This document shows, one piece after another, positions 1 to 10,934 of a stretch of DNA of 64,000 nucleotides. The notes below the pieces were generated by a model. That model searched no databases and had not been told where the DNA came from. It was given only the letters and a program-made list of their open reading frames with translations. This DNA comes from Felis catus (Eukaryota). The stretch's first letter is position 1; every line of letters starts with the position of its first letter. Location of the stretch: assembly GCF_018350175.1 (NCBI RefSeq), contig NC_058368.1, positions 89,220,001-89,284,000 of the forward strand, in the 5' to 3' direction. The translations under genes were made by a program, and so were the position numbers.

Positions 1-539
1 AAGGGGAGAACAATGGGTAGTAGTGAGGAGTGAGGGAATAAAACCTATTAGCTTGGCACTCGACCTGGCCCAACAAAGGGTCTCTTGCAAAGGTGAGAGG
101 CTCCTTGCTAGTCCCCATTGTCTCTTCCCATCCTGGTCCAGACCTCTCCCTCCTGCTCCTATGGATGAGGGTTATATGATCTCTCTGTATTATAATTGTT
201 CTGGAAATCTTTTTCTTAACGCCAAAAATTCTGCCAGGGTTTTAGCATGAAGCTTAGTCTTCTATATTTTTTTGTATTCTTTCTTTCAGAACGCATTTTA
301 TTCCCATTTTTACCAGTCTTAACGCATTTTTTTCAAAACTTTTCCACAGCCCTCTAGAAGGCATCAGGCATTTCCTTCCTGTGGATGGAGAGTGGCCCAA
401 GCACCTCAGTTAACTTCATTTTCTCAGAATAGGAAGAGATTCTAGAGGAGTTCTGACCACACAAGTCTTTCTTCTGGAAATTTTCTTCTCTACCTTAACT
501 CCCTTCTGCTTCAATTTTAGTTCCATTTCCTTCCAAGGA

Positions 540-712
540 CATGGAGGTCCCCTGGCTTCCAGGGAGAGATCCTGCTGCAGACCCAACTGATTAGGGCAGC
601 CATCCCTTGGTGAAGTCTGTTTTCCAAGGACATAGGGCTCCAGACTCCTGATCTGCCCTCCTCACTCCCAGATCCTTCCTGGCGTCATTAATTACATCAT
701 TTCAAGGTAATA
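540..712 (+). promoter_or_regulatory. Putative OR promoter core / first non-coding exon ending at a splice donor (706/707)
   Basis: Homeodomain-like CTGATTAG (587-594) and TCATTAATTA (685-694), O/E-like sites at 603-632 and the donor CAAG|GTAATA. CTGATTAG, the 603-632 block and the donor position are kept in the inverted paralog at ~33578-33700. Confidence 0.5.
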
Positions 713-1739
713 TTCTTCCTCTATGTGTCTTGTATTTCCTCTTTCTGTTACCAAATGCTTAAAATGTTTGTTCACCCCACCACTACCTTTGTCATTCACC
801 TGCTTACTACTTCTCTTGAAGTAGAGACCTCTTGTGTAGTTAGAATTTGTTTCTTGATTTTTTTTTTTTTTGCCTCCTAATTCTTTATTCTGTGGGTAGA
901 ACTAGAGATGACCTGAGGGTTGTTTCATCTAACCTGTCGTATTACTGCTTGGGAGACTGTCACGCAATAGAGGAAGTGAATTCCTCAGGGTCTTCCAACA
1001 GGTTTTAGGAAGGGTGGGGACTGTTTTGTCTTTGCAAGTCTAGAGAGGATGTGACAATGGCTCCCTCTAGGGCACTGGGAAAGCTATATTTTCCTGATGA
1101 CATCTGGCTATTAGATTTGGATGAGAGTGTTGAAGTCGTCTCCTGCTGACCCATGTACAAATGCCTATATTTCTAACCCTTGGGAAAAAGTTTCTGCTTG
1201 CTGCTCCTCCACACCTTGTATATATTTTTCTGTTTGGATATTTTCTCCTATACCCCTTCTTCTTGAAGGAACTCAGTGCTCTGCTATTTTTACAAACATG
1301 CTTTGGTGTTTTTGCTCCCTGTCCTACCTGCAGTTTCCTTTCATTTCATAGCTGTGTCATGAATCTGACTACTTTCTGATGCAGATCTCCCCAACACAAT
1401 TCCCAGTGAACCTCTTTATGAGTCTCTTACACACAGCGTAGGGCTTTGACATGTCTGATCTAAGGGGTGCAGGACTGCCTTCTTACTATTAAATATCCCC
1501 AACATTGCCCAACTGAAACAATATGTATTATGGCCTCTTGGTAAGACTTTACAGGGAGAAATTTGCATCTCAGTGGAGGAGACTAGGAAGTGTCAGGCCA
1601 TGACTATTGACTCTGCTCATATTGGAAGCACCTGTTTCTGCCTGAAGGGCCAGGAGCTGCTATGAGAAGACTTTGATGGGGAAGGACTTCAAAGAGAGGC
1701 AGAAAGGTTGCAAAGTGGTCTGCTCCACTTTCCCAACAG

Positions 1740-1857
1740 GATGAAAAAGTCCGTGATGCTGGGCTCTCACAGCCCCCAGAGTCCCAGAAGTCAGAGAGCT
1801 CATTGTGGCATTAATAGGAGAGTTCTGCCCCTATGCCTGGCTTCCCACTTCACTTAG
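1740..1857 (+). other. Candidate internal 5'UTR (non-coding) exon of the OR at 4256
   Basis: Acceptor ctttcccaacAG| and donor cacttag|GTgctc are both kept in the inverted paralog. 1753-1797 is a 45/45 match to 30739-30783. Confidence 0.4.
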
Positions 1858-2689
1858 GTGCTCCCTCTGTTTCTGTTCCTCATCCCACTTGTGTTTTTGC
1901 TTTCCCCCTGATCCTTCCTTCTTAGCATCTGTGTTCTCTCTTTCTCACTAAGTCTATGTTCCCTGCCCTCTATTACATTGTCTCTGTTTTCTTTTCTTTT
2001 TTTTTTTTTTTTTTTTTGTCTCTTCTGGGAGATAACATTTCTGATGGTCTAACATTTTCTGTATTTTTCTCCTGTATCTTGTCTCCTTTAGCTTGACATT
2101 TTCTCATTACTCCTTTCATCTCTCCCTTCTTCCTTTGGTCTACTGTTACTGTTGCTCTCCCTTTAACTCCTCATCCTTTCATTCATGACTCACTGCATTC
2201 TGTGCTGTCACTCTGTGAGGCATACTGTCATGCCCTAGGACAGGACTCTAAATCTGCTCTAAGTGTATGACTGTAGTGTGTATGGCCAGGTAGCTCTGAC
2301 AACAGAGATCCCATACAACACCCTAGATGTGACATCAAGAATAGTATACAGTGTTACTTTCTCTGTAAAAAAAAGTTAACAACAATTTCTTACTTTTACT
2401 TGAAAAATTCCTAGTTGTTTCTTGTACAATTTTTTAAAATATTATGCTACAAAGTAAGCTTAAAAAGACAAGATATGCCAGATACATTACTTACCTGCTT
2501 ATATGACAATCTTCGCTTACATTCAAGGAATACACAAAGAAATTCTTGTCAAAAATTGAAATATTGCAGGTCAAACTAGAGTCCTTTTTTTGACCCTAAT
2601 CCCCACCCAATTCTAACCCTTTCTCCAAGGTAATTATTGTTATCATACTCTGTGTCCTTTAGTAATTTATGTATAGTTTTTGCTCGTAT

Positions 2690-2914
2690 TCTTTTCTTTT
2701 AATTTTTAAATGTTTACTTATTTTTGAGAGAGAGAGAGACAGTGCGAGCAGGAGAGGGGCAGAGAGAGAGAGAGAGGGAGACATGAATCCAAAGCAGGCT
2801 TCAGGCTCTGAGCTGTCAGCACAGAGCCCGATGCGGGGCTTGAACTCATGGACTGCGAGATCATGACCTAAGCTGAAGTTGGACACTTAACCGACTGAGC
2901 CACCTAAGCGCCCC
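2690..2914 (-). mobile_element. CanSINE (tRNA-derived, felid type)
   Basis: Reverse complement of the GGGGCGC..GGTGGCTCAGTCGGTTAAG head, (CT)n and A-tail. Confidence 0.9.
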
Positions 2915-3469
2915 TCATTTACAAAGTTTCTTAGAAAATACTTTAAGATTTTACATCTGGAAAATAAAAACCCTCTCTATCTCAGTTTTCCTACTTGAGG
3001 ATAAATGATGAATCTTCTAGGGCAGTTATGCGGATTAAATGTGAGGATGTGTCAGAGTGTTGATTGTAAGACCTGGCACATAAAAAATGGTCAAGTAATG
3101 TCAGCTTTTGTCACTTCTAAACTACTAGGCATTGCTTTAATATCACTCTATATAATACTGTTAACCTTATCTGGGATAAGGAAGCTGAGGTTCAAAATTT
3201 TGCATAAGTGCTCAGTTCACAAAGTTGACACATGCCCTTGTTGTTTTAGTACTTTTTCCTGAAAAAGCAAATCCTTAAGTGAAGCTGGCCTTTGTAGGAG
3301 AGGCAACTATAAAGACTGAAGAACAGCCAATTCCTAGCAGAGACAGAAGCAATGATCACTTCAGCAATAAATAGCTCTAAATTTGCTTCTCAGTCATGTG
3401 AAGAAAGTCCTAGGAGTTAAAACAATGTCATTAGCAACAGCTTGCTTCTTTCCTTAAAAGTTTTTCCTG

Positions 3470-4067
3470 TTTTTAAAAAATTGTATCTTAATTCCAGTAT
3501 ACTTAACATACATTGTTATGTTCAGGTGTACAATGTAATGATTCAATACTTCTATATATCACCCAGTGCTCATCATGACAAGTGCACTTCTTAATCCCCA
3601 TCACCTATTTAACCCATCCCCACATCCACCTCCCCTCTGGTAACCATCAGTTTGTTCTTTATAGTTAAGAGTCTGTTTCTTAATTTGTCTCTCTTTTTTT
3701 CCTTCGTTCATTTGTTTTGTTTCTGAATTTCCACATGAGTGAAATCATATGGTTTTTGTCTTTCTCTGACTTATTTCACTTAGCATAATACTCTCTAGCT
3801 CCATCAATGTCATTGCAAAGGGCAAGATTTCATTCTTTTTTATGGTTGAATAATATTTATATATAAACCACTTCGTATATATCACTTCTTTATTTATCAA
3901 TCAATGAATACTTGGGCTGCTTCCATAATTTAGTTATTATAAATAATGATACTAAAAACATATGGGTGCATGTAATTTTTGGGTAAATACACAATAATGT
4001 GATTATTGGATCATATGGTAGTTCTATTTTTAACTATTGAGGAAACTCCATACTATTTTCCACAGTG
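3470..4067 (-). mobile_element. 5'-truncated L1 3' end (older carnivore subfamily) in the OR intron
   Basis: Reverse complement of the L1 ORF2 C-terminus and 3'UTR. Confidence 0.85.
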
Positions 4068-4255
4068 AAATCCTGTATCTTTGTTAGAGACTCTTTTTCT
4101 TTTTAAAAAGAAATTTAAAGAGTTTATTCTAAACCCAGTAACATTTAAAGAGGACAGCACATTGGGCAAAGTTTTGATGTCTCAATATTGTGGCACTAAA
4201 CATACACCTCCTGCTTCCAGATCGCAAGACTTTGGCACGTCCCTCTGCAGGAACA

Positions 4256-5206
4256 ATGGCCTGGGTGGGAAACCAGACTCTGATCTCCCACTTCATCCTC
4301 CTGGGCCTTTTCACCCAGTCACCACTGCACTTCTTCCTCTTTTCCATCATCATGGTCATGTTCCTGGTGGCCCTCTCTGGAAATGGGCTCATGATCCTCC
4401 TCATCAATGTCAATTCTCGCCTGCACAACCCCATGTACTTCTTCCTCAGCTGGCTGTCACTCATGGATCTCATGCTCATCTCCACCATTGTGCCACGGAT
4501 GGCCACTGACTTCCTCCTGGGCCATGGCGCCATCTCCTTCACAGGCTGTGGGCTTCAGATCCTCTTCTTCCTCACTCTCTTGGGGGATGAGTGCTTTCTG
4601 CTGGCCTTCATGGCCTATGACCGCTATGTAGCCATCAGCAACCCACTGAGGTACTCAGTGGTCATGAGCCGCCGTGTCTGCTGGCTCATGGTGACAGTGT
4701 CCTGGCTCTTTGGCCTGGTGGATGGACTTATCCAGGCCATCTTCACCCTGCACTTCCCCTACTGTGGCTCCCAGGAGGTTGATCACTTCTTCTGTGAGGT
4801 CCCTGCCATACTGAAGCTGGCCTGTGCTGACACCTCCCTCTATGAGACCATGATCTATGTCTGTTGCATCCTAATGCTGCTCCTGCCCTTCTCTGTCATC
4901 TCTGCTTCCTACCTGCAGATCCTGGCGGCTGTGCTCCATATGCGTTCTGCTGAAGGTCGGCAGAAGGCCTTTGCTACCTGCTCCTCTCACATGGCAGTGG
5001 TCTCCCTCTTCTATGGGGCTGCTATGATCACCTACATGCGACCCCAGGCCTACCACTCCTCCAAGCAGGACAAGGTGGTCTCGGCCTTCTACACCATGAT
5101 CACCCCTATGCTCAATCCACTCATATACAGCCTGAGGAACAAGGAAGTGTCTGAGGCTCTCAGAAAACTCCTTAGGAGGTGTCCCTGTGGTGGGGGTCAG
5201 GGCTAG
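4256..5206 (+). CDS. Intact olfactory receptor, family 2 (OR2T/OR2V clade; resembles mouse Or2t26/Olfr1395 from recall), 316 aa
   Basis: Single-exon ORF with the OR motifs N-terminal NQT sequon, [40 protein letters not shown] and [12 protein letters not shown]. The ATG at 4256 lies 5 nt after a splice acceptor (ccctctgcag|gaaca), so the ORF-track start at 4190 is upstream and intronic. Confidence 0.96.
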   Translation: MAWVGNQTLISHFILLGLFTQSPLHFFLFSIIMVMFLVALSGNGLMILLINVNSRLHNPMYFFLSWLSLMDLMLISTIVPRMATDFLLGHGAISFTGCGLQILFFLTLLGDECFLLAFMAYDRYVAISNPLRYSVVMSRRVCWLMVTVSWLFGLVDGLIQAIFTLHFPYCGSQEVDHFFCEVPAILKLACADTSLYETMIYVCCILMLLLPFSVISASYLQILAAVLHMRSAEGRQKAFATCSSHMAVVSLFYGAAMITYMRPQAYHSSKQDKVVSAFYTMITPMLNPLIYSLRNKEVSEALRKLLRRCPCGGGQG

Positions 5207-5303
5207 GTTGACATTAGCACCTGCAGATGGGGGTTCTGGGGCCTGGGAACTTGGAATAGCCTCTGTAGTTTGATTGGAAGAGAAACAAATGTGCCATACT
5301 GAA

Positions 5304-5309
5304 AATAAA
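5304..5309 (+). terminator. Candidate polyadenylation signal of the OR
   Basis: AATAAA about 100 nt after the stop codon. Confidence 0.4.
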
Positions 5310-5439
5310 AGTCATTCTTTTACCAGAGTTAATCAGATTAATACATCAATTCAGTTCATCATGTCCATGCTGAGTGTGGATAGTGTGGAAGGAGGGCTGG
5401 GTCAATGCGGTTACAAAGAATAGAAGACACAAAGCATAT

Positions 5440-5797
5440 ATCTCAGAGTCAGCAAGTAACAGGTTTCAGCTATTTTCCTTGCCAGGAATTACCAACAGCT
5501 GAAGAAAACACCTTGCTCAATGTGCTTCTCTTTGGAAGGCTGCCTGAATCCCATGACTGGCCAATTTAGGATATAAACGTTTGGTCCCTCTTGCCTTAGT
5601 TCGACTCTGAAGGGCCATCCCTTTTCCAGAGCTCCCTGTAAGATCTGAAGCAACACAGGCTACTTCCCCCTGTATCCAATTTGGCTTCCTTAACTCCTTT
5701 CCCCCACTATATAGTTCAATCCTCAAAGCACTCTCCAATAAACCTGCATGCAAAACCTGTTTCCATCTGATTCCAGGAAACCTAACCTATGGCACAT
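5440..5797 (+). mobile_element. ERVL-type solo LTR (LTR16-like)
   Basis: Motifs ggatataaa..ctctgaagggccatccc..ccagagctccctgt and ccaataaacctgcatgcaaa..ggaaacctaacct..ca, which I recall as typical of LTR16. Confidence 0.6.
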
Positions 5798-6762
5798 GGA
5801 GATGAAGGAATGCTAGTAAGTTAAAGTCAAATTTGCTAAATATGTTCATGTACATGCAGTCAAAATACAATGTGGGCACTGAGAAGCTTTGTTGCTTGTC
5901 TTTCCTGAAGACCCCTAAGACAAGTTTAATGCAGGGGTTGCAAACACAAATGCCCATAGGCCCAGACAGGTGGTGTCAATGAGGAGAGCGATCTTGTGGG
6001 GATAGGTGTGGAAGGGACACGTGCTCCTCAGCTAAAGCCACTTGGCTGCTCTGCTCCACACAGAATGTTTGAGCTTTGGGAAAAAGATAAAGTGAAAGTT
6101 GGATGGGAGCTGGAGGTGCACCCATGGATGGCTTCACAGTTGACTCAGAAGATAGCACTAAACTGTGGGCAGGACAAAGAAGAGAAGAGGAAGGTATGCA
6201 GAGCAGAATTCCTGACAGCAAAAGAAGGGGTCTGACATATGCCCAACCTCTCCATGAGGTCCACTAAGATGACTCTCAGATTCCTATCTCTGTCCTGAAC
6301 TCAAAGACAGCCCTAGGAAACCTCTTTAGAGTTCTGTGCCCTAATAGAATTTTCTGCTCCTGTGAGTTTTACTGTGTCATATATTTCAACCCTGACCCAG
6401 TAGGAAGGTACTGAGAAGTGAAAAGAACTGAGAAGAAGGCCATCTCATGGTTGAAGGAATGTTCTTGAGATTGCCTATATCCGTATAGCAATGACTCAGC
6501 TGTGGGGTAAGGATGTGATAAATTCTTTAACAGGAAGAAACATGGAAAGAGTTAGGTGGGACCTAGCAAAAACTTTTCTACTACCTTTGCCTTCCTTATA
6601 TGTCCACTCGAGAAAGAAAATAACAAAATAACAAGATAACAAGATAACATTTTGGTAGAATCCCTCATTCTCTGCAGTTGTTTTAAATTGAAAGACCTGA
6701 AGAGTGATTATAATCTGAATAATCCTATATTTGAGAAAAGAAAATATTGTGGATATGAACTT

Positions 6763-9539
6763 AAAATATATTTTTAAGTTTTTATTTTAATTCTACTTGG
6801 TTGACATAATGTCATATTAGTTTCAGACATACAATATAGTGCTTCAACATTTCCGTACATCATTCTGTATTCATCATGACAAGTGCACTTCGTAATACCC
6901 ACCACGTATTTAACCTGTCCGCCCCACCTCTCCTCTGGTAACCGCCAGTTTGTTCTCATTAAGAGTCTTTTTTTTTTTTGAGTTCTCTTTCTCTCTCTTT
7001 CTCTCATTTTCCCCCTTTTCTCATTTGTTTTGTTTCTTAAATTCCACATATGAGTAAAACATACGGTATGTCTTCTCCAATTATTTCACATACCATTGTG
7101 CTCTCTAGCTCTATCCATGTTATTGCAAATGTAAAGATTTCATTCGTTTTTATGGATGAATAATTTTCTACTGTATCTTCTTTATGCATTACTCAATTGA
7201 TGGACACAGGTTGCTTCTGTATCTTGGCTATTGTAAATAATGCTGCTATAAAATAGGGGTAGAGCGTTCTTGTATTCATTGGTTAAATACCTAGTCATGT
7301 AATTGTTGGATCATAAGGTAGTTCTATTTTTAACTTTTTGAGGAAACTCTTTAATGTTTTTCCAGAGTAGCTGCACCAGTTTGCATTCCCACCAACAGTG
7401 GAGGAGGGTTCCCCTTTCTCCACATCCTCACCAACATCTGTTGTTTCTTGTGTTGTTGCCTTTAGCCATTTTGACAGGTGTGAGATGATATCTCATCGTA
7501 GTTTTAGTTTGCATTTCCCTGATGATGAGTGATGTTGAGCATCTTCTCAGGTGTCTCTTGGCCATTTGGATGTCTTCTTTGGAGAAACGTATATTTGTCT
7601 GCCCAGTTTTTAATTGGATTATTTGGTTTTGGGGTGTTGGGTTGTATTAATTTTAAATGTATTTTGGATACTAACCCTTTATAAGATATGTCATTTGAAA
7701 TATGATCTCCCATTCTGTAGATTGTCTTTTAGTTTTGCTGATTGTTTCCTTTGCTGTGCAGAAGTTTTGTATTTTGATGAAGTCCCAATAGTTTGTTTTT
7801 GCTTTTGTTTCCCTTGACTCAGGAGACATATCTAGAAAGAAGTTGCTGTCACCGATATCAAAGAGGTTACTGCCTGTGTTCTCCTCTAGGATTTTGATGG
7901 TTTCCTGTCTCACATTTAGGTATTTAATCTATTTTAAATTTATTTTTGGGTACGGTGTAAGAAAGTGGTCCACTTTCATTCTTTTACATGTTGCTGTCCA
8001 GTTTTCCCAAAACTATTTGTTGAAAACGTTTTTTTTCCATTGGATATTCTTTCCTGCTTTGTTGAAGATTAACTGACCATAAAATTGTGGGTTCATTTCT
8101 GGGTTTTCTATTCTGTTCCTTTGATCTAAAAACCTATTTTGTGACAGTACCATACTGTTTTCATTACTACATCTTTATAACATAACTTGAAGCCTGGAAT
8201 CATGATACCTCCAATTTTACTTTTCCTTTCAAGACTGCTTTACCTATTTGAAGTCTTCTGTGATTCCATACCAATTTTAGGATTGCGAAAAATGCTGCTG
8301 GTATTTTGATAGGGATTGCCTTAAATGTGTAGATGGCTTTGGGTAGTATAGACATTTTAACAATATTTGTTCTTCCAAACCATGAGAACTGAATGTCTTT
8401 CCATTTCCTTGTGTCATCTTCCATTTCTTTCATCATTGTTTTATAGTTTTCAGAATACAGGTATTTTACCTTTTTGGTTAGGCTTATTCCTAGGTATCAA
8501 AGTTTGTTCTGGGTCACTAGTCCTATGCCAGATACTCTGAAGTGCTGTGGTGGCTGGGTGTTGTGTGCTAGGGCTGCTGGGGGCACAAGGCTGGGCACTA
8601 ATAGGTGAGGTGCATGAAGATGGCTGGATAGGACTAGGGCTGAAGTATGATGGTGGCTGGGGGCATGCAGTTGGGTGAGGTACATGACTGGGCACAATGT
8701 GCAGTGGCAGTTGGGCACCTGGTGGCTGGGGATGGTGTGTGATGGTGGGGTGTGCACAAGGTGTGCACAGGGTGGCTATTCAGGGTGCACATGCAGCTTT
8801 AACAAAATTTGGCCTGAACCCAGGGCTGAGGCCAACAATCTTGGAGTGGGCTAGTCCTTAAAGAACTTGTGGGCATGGTGCACTGCCAACAGGCCAGGCA
8901 GCAGCTGTATGTGCATTTCTGCTTCCTGCTGGTAACTGTGTATTTATGCTGGGGGCAGGGGAGAAAAATGGTTCTTTTCTGCTCCATCATTTTCAGTGAA
9001 GTTCTTCAACATTCTCCAAAATCAGATGAACAGATTTGTCTCCAATTTGTGCCTGGTGTCATGTAAACTGCTGTTTTTATGTTGTCTCTCTGTGCAAGCT
9101 GCTGTCTCTTTAAGGGAAGTGACCCAGGTATCACTTGCCCTCCTAGCTCACCCAGTGCTGAGTGCTGACCTCTGATGATCCAAATTCCAAGTCCCACTGG
9201 TTATACAAAGTCATGGATTTCAGCCTATCTGGTTTTCAAAACCAAACATTATGGGGATTACTCTTCCCTGGGTGAGCTCCCTGGTGTGAGGAACCATTTT
9301 TCTACCCTCTCCATGGGCGGAGCTCTCTCCCTCCTGTGGACAGACTTCCTCCACCTTTCAGACCTTCCTAAAGCTCTCACTTGCAGCTTCCTCTCTATAT
9401 TGAGTTGTGGAGTTTGTTCCTCCAGTCTTCAGATCACTCTCTCAGTTATTGACTTGGATGTGGATGATATCTGGTTGAAAACCTGGGGTGGGGTGAACTC
9501 AGGGTCTCGGCCATCTTCCCAAGCTCCTCCCCTCTTCCA
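6763..9539 (-). mobile_element. Internally deleted L1 (5'UTR joined directly to the 3' part of ORF2) with TSD
   Basis: ORF2 3' part, 3'UTR and tail at 6763-8497. L1 5'UTR at 8498-9539, containing GGGAAGATGGCCGAG on the minus strand near its start. TSD gatatgaactt at 6752-6762 and 9540-9550. Confidence 0.85.
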
Positions 9540-9909
9540 GATATGAACTTCATATCAAACTTACAGACATTACTTACATCTTCAAACCTGTCTTTTATAG
9601 TTCTTGGTGGTGTTTCTAAGGCTAGGAATATGAGATAGAGGAAGACATAACATGGAAATGGGTATGTGCCACAAGACCTCTAAGTGTGCCTGGAGTCTAT
9701 TTCCAGGGTGCTTACAGAAGACTGTGAATTCAGAACAGCCAATAATACATGGAGCATAGTTTCAGGCTTAGCTTGCACTGGAAAATCAAGATTTTTTTTT
9801 ACTTGAGCGAGAGTCAAATAAGCTGGCTTATGTTCTTATGTTACTCATTTCCTTTTATTCACCCAGTGTTGAATTTGAGATAACACCCTAGTTAATCAGA
9901 AAGCATCTT

Positions 9910-10372
9910 TATTTTTTATTTTATTTTATTTTATTTAAATTTCTTTTTTAATGTTTATTTTTGAGAGAGAGACAGACAGAGTAAAAGTGGGGGAGGGGCA
10001 GAGAGAGAGTGAGACACAGAATCTGAAGCAGGCTCCAGGCTCTGAGCTGTCAGCACAAAGCCCAATGCGGGGCTTGAACCATGAGAATATGACCTGAGCT
10101 GAAGTTGGATGCTTAACTGACTGGGCCACCCAGGTGTCCCTCTTTTTTTATTATTATTTTTTAAAATGTTTACTTATTTTTGAAAGAGAGAAAGCACAAG
10201 CAGGGGAGGGGCAGAGACATACACAGAGAGAGAGAGACAGACAGACAGAGGGACAGAGAGACAGAGGATCCCAAGCAGGCTCTGCACTGACAGAAGAGAG
10301 CTCAAAGTGAGGTTCAAACTCATGAACTACTGAATTGAAGTCCAATGCCCAACTGAGCCATCCAGGCATCTC
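9910..10372 (-). mobile_element. Two head-to-tail CanSINEs (9910-10140, 10141-10372) inside one TSD
   Basis: Flanking taatcagaaa(g/t)catctt at ~9893-9909 and ~10373-10389. Confidence 0.88.
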
Positions 10373-10815
10373 TAATCAGAAATCATCTTAAACAGAAATG
10401 TTATCACTCTTGATAAATCCTGAGTGGTTCTTTTGCAAGATGGTGACAAGGTTTTATTTCTCATGGAAAATTATATTTAAATGTGAATTTGTTTTGGTAT
10501 TCATCAGCTTTTACACCAAAAGGGTCCCTCCTATTGTGATTTCTGTACCATGGAATGAGAGTTGGGCAAAGCTTAGTGTCTTCCCCTTGCCTCTCTCACT
10601 GTCTTGAATCTCTTCCGGCCACAGCCAACCTCTGTCATGGACTGAGGATTAGCAGCATGGGCTGGGCAGAAAGATAGTAGAGGTACTTTGTACCAATTTT
10701 TGACCCTGGTAGAAGGGGAAGGGTAGAAATTCTCATGGAGATGGGTGGAGTGGAGTTGAATGATGAATTTCGAAAAGATGAAGCCATCTGACTTCTAAAT
10801 CAAAATGGCACAGTT

Positions 10816-10882
10816 TTATGAAGCCAATATTACACTATATGTTAACCAACTAGAGTTTGAAAAAATTTGAAAAAAAAAATTA
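10816..10882 (+). mobile_element. Very short L1 3'-tail insertion
   Basis: aatattacactatatgttaac..A-tail, flanked by aaaatggcacagtt / aaaatgccatagtt. Confidence 0.6.
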
Positions 10883-10934
10883 AAAATGCCATAGTTGGGA
10901 TAAAGTCCAGACTGGAGCTAGTTGAAGAGTAAAT

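Larger units (their letters stand above)
1..2000 (+). repeat. Segmental paralog copy 1 (OR upstream region)
   Basis: Colinear reverse-complement homology to 30541-30985 and 32695-34353. Confidence 0.93.

Noticed and set aside
1121..1351. Similar short ORFs here and at 32925-33131 (STPCIYFS.WIFSPIPLLLEG)
   Set aside because: The similarity is explained by the DNA-level paralogy. Frames diverge outside the conserved block and there is no recognisable domain.
4190..4255. 22-aa N-terminal extension of the OR in the ORF track
   Set aside because: It uses a GTG start upstream of a clear splice acceptor at 4250. The ATG at 4256 gives a normal OR N-terminus.
4081..4631. Overlapping and antisense ORFs of 74-142 aa
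   Set aside because: They are alternative-frame shadows of the OR CDS with no independent motifs.
5931..5990. Possible MER103-like DNA transposon end (caggggttgcaaacacaaatgcc)
   Set aside because: Too short and degenerate to call without a Dfam search.
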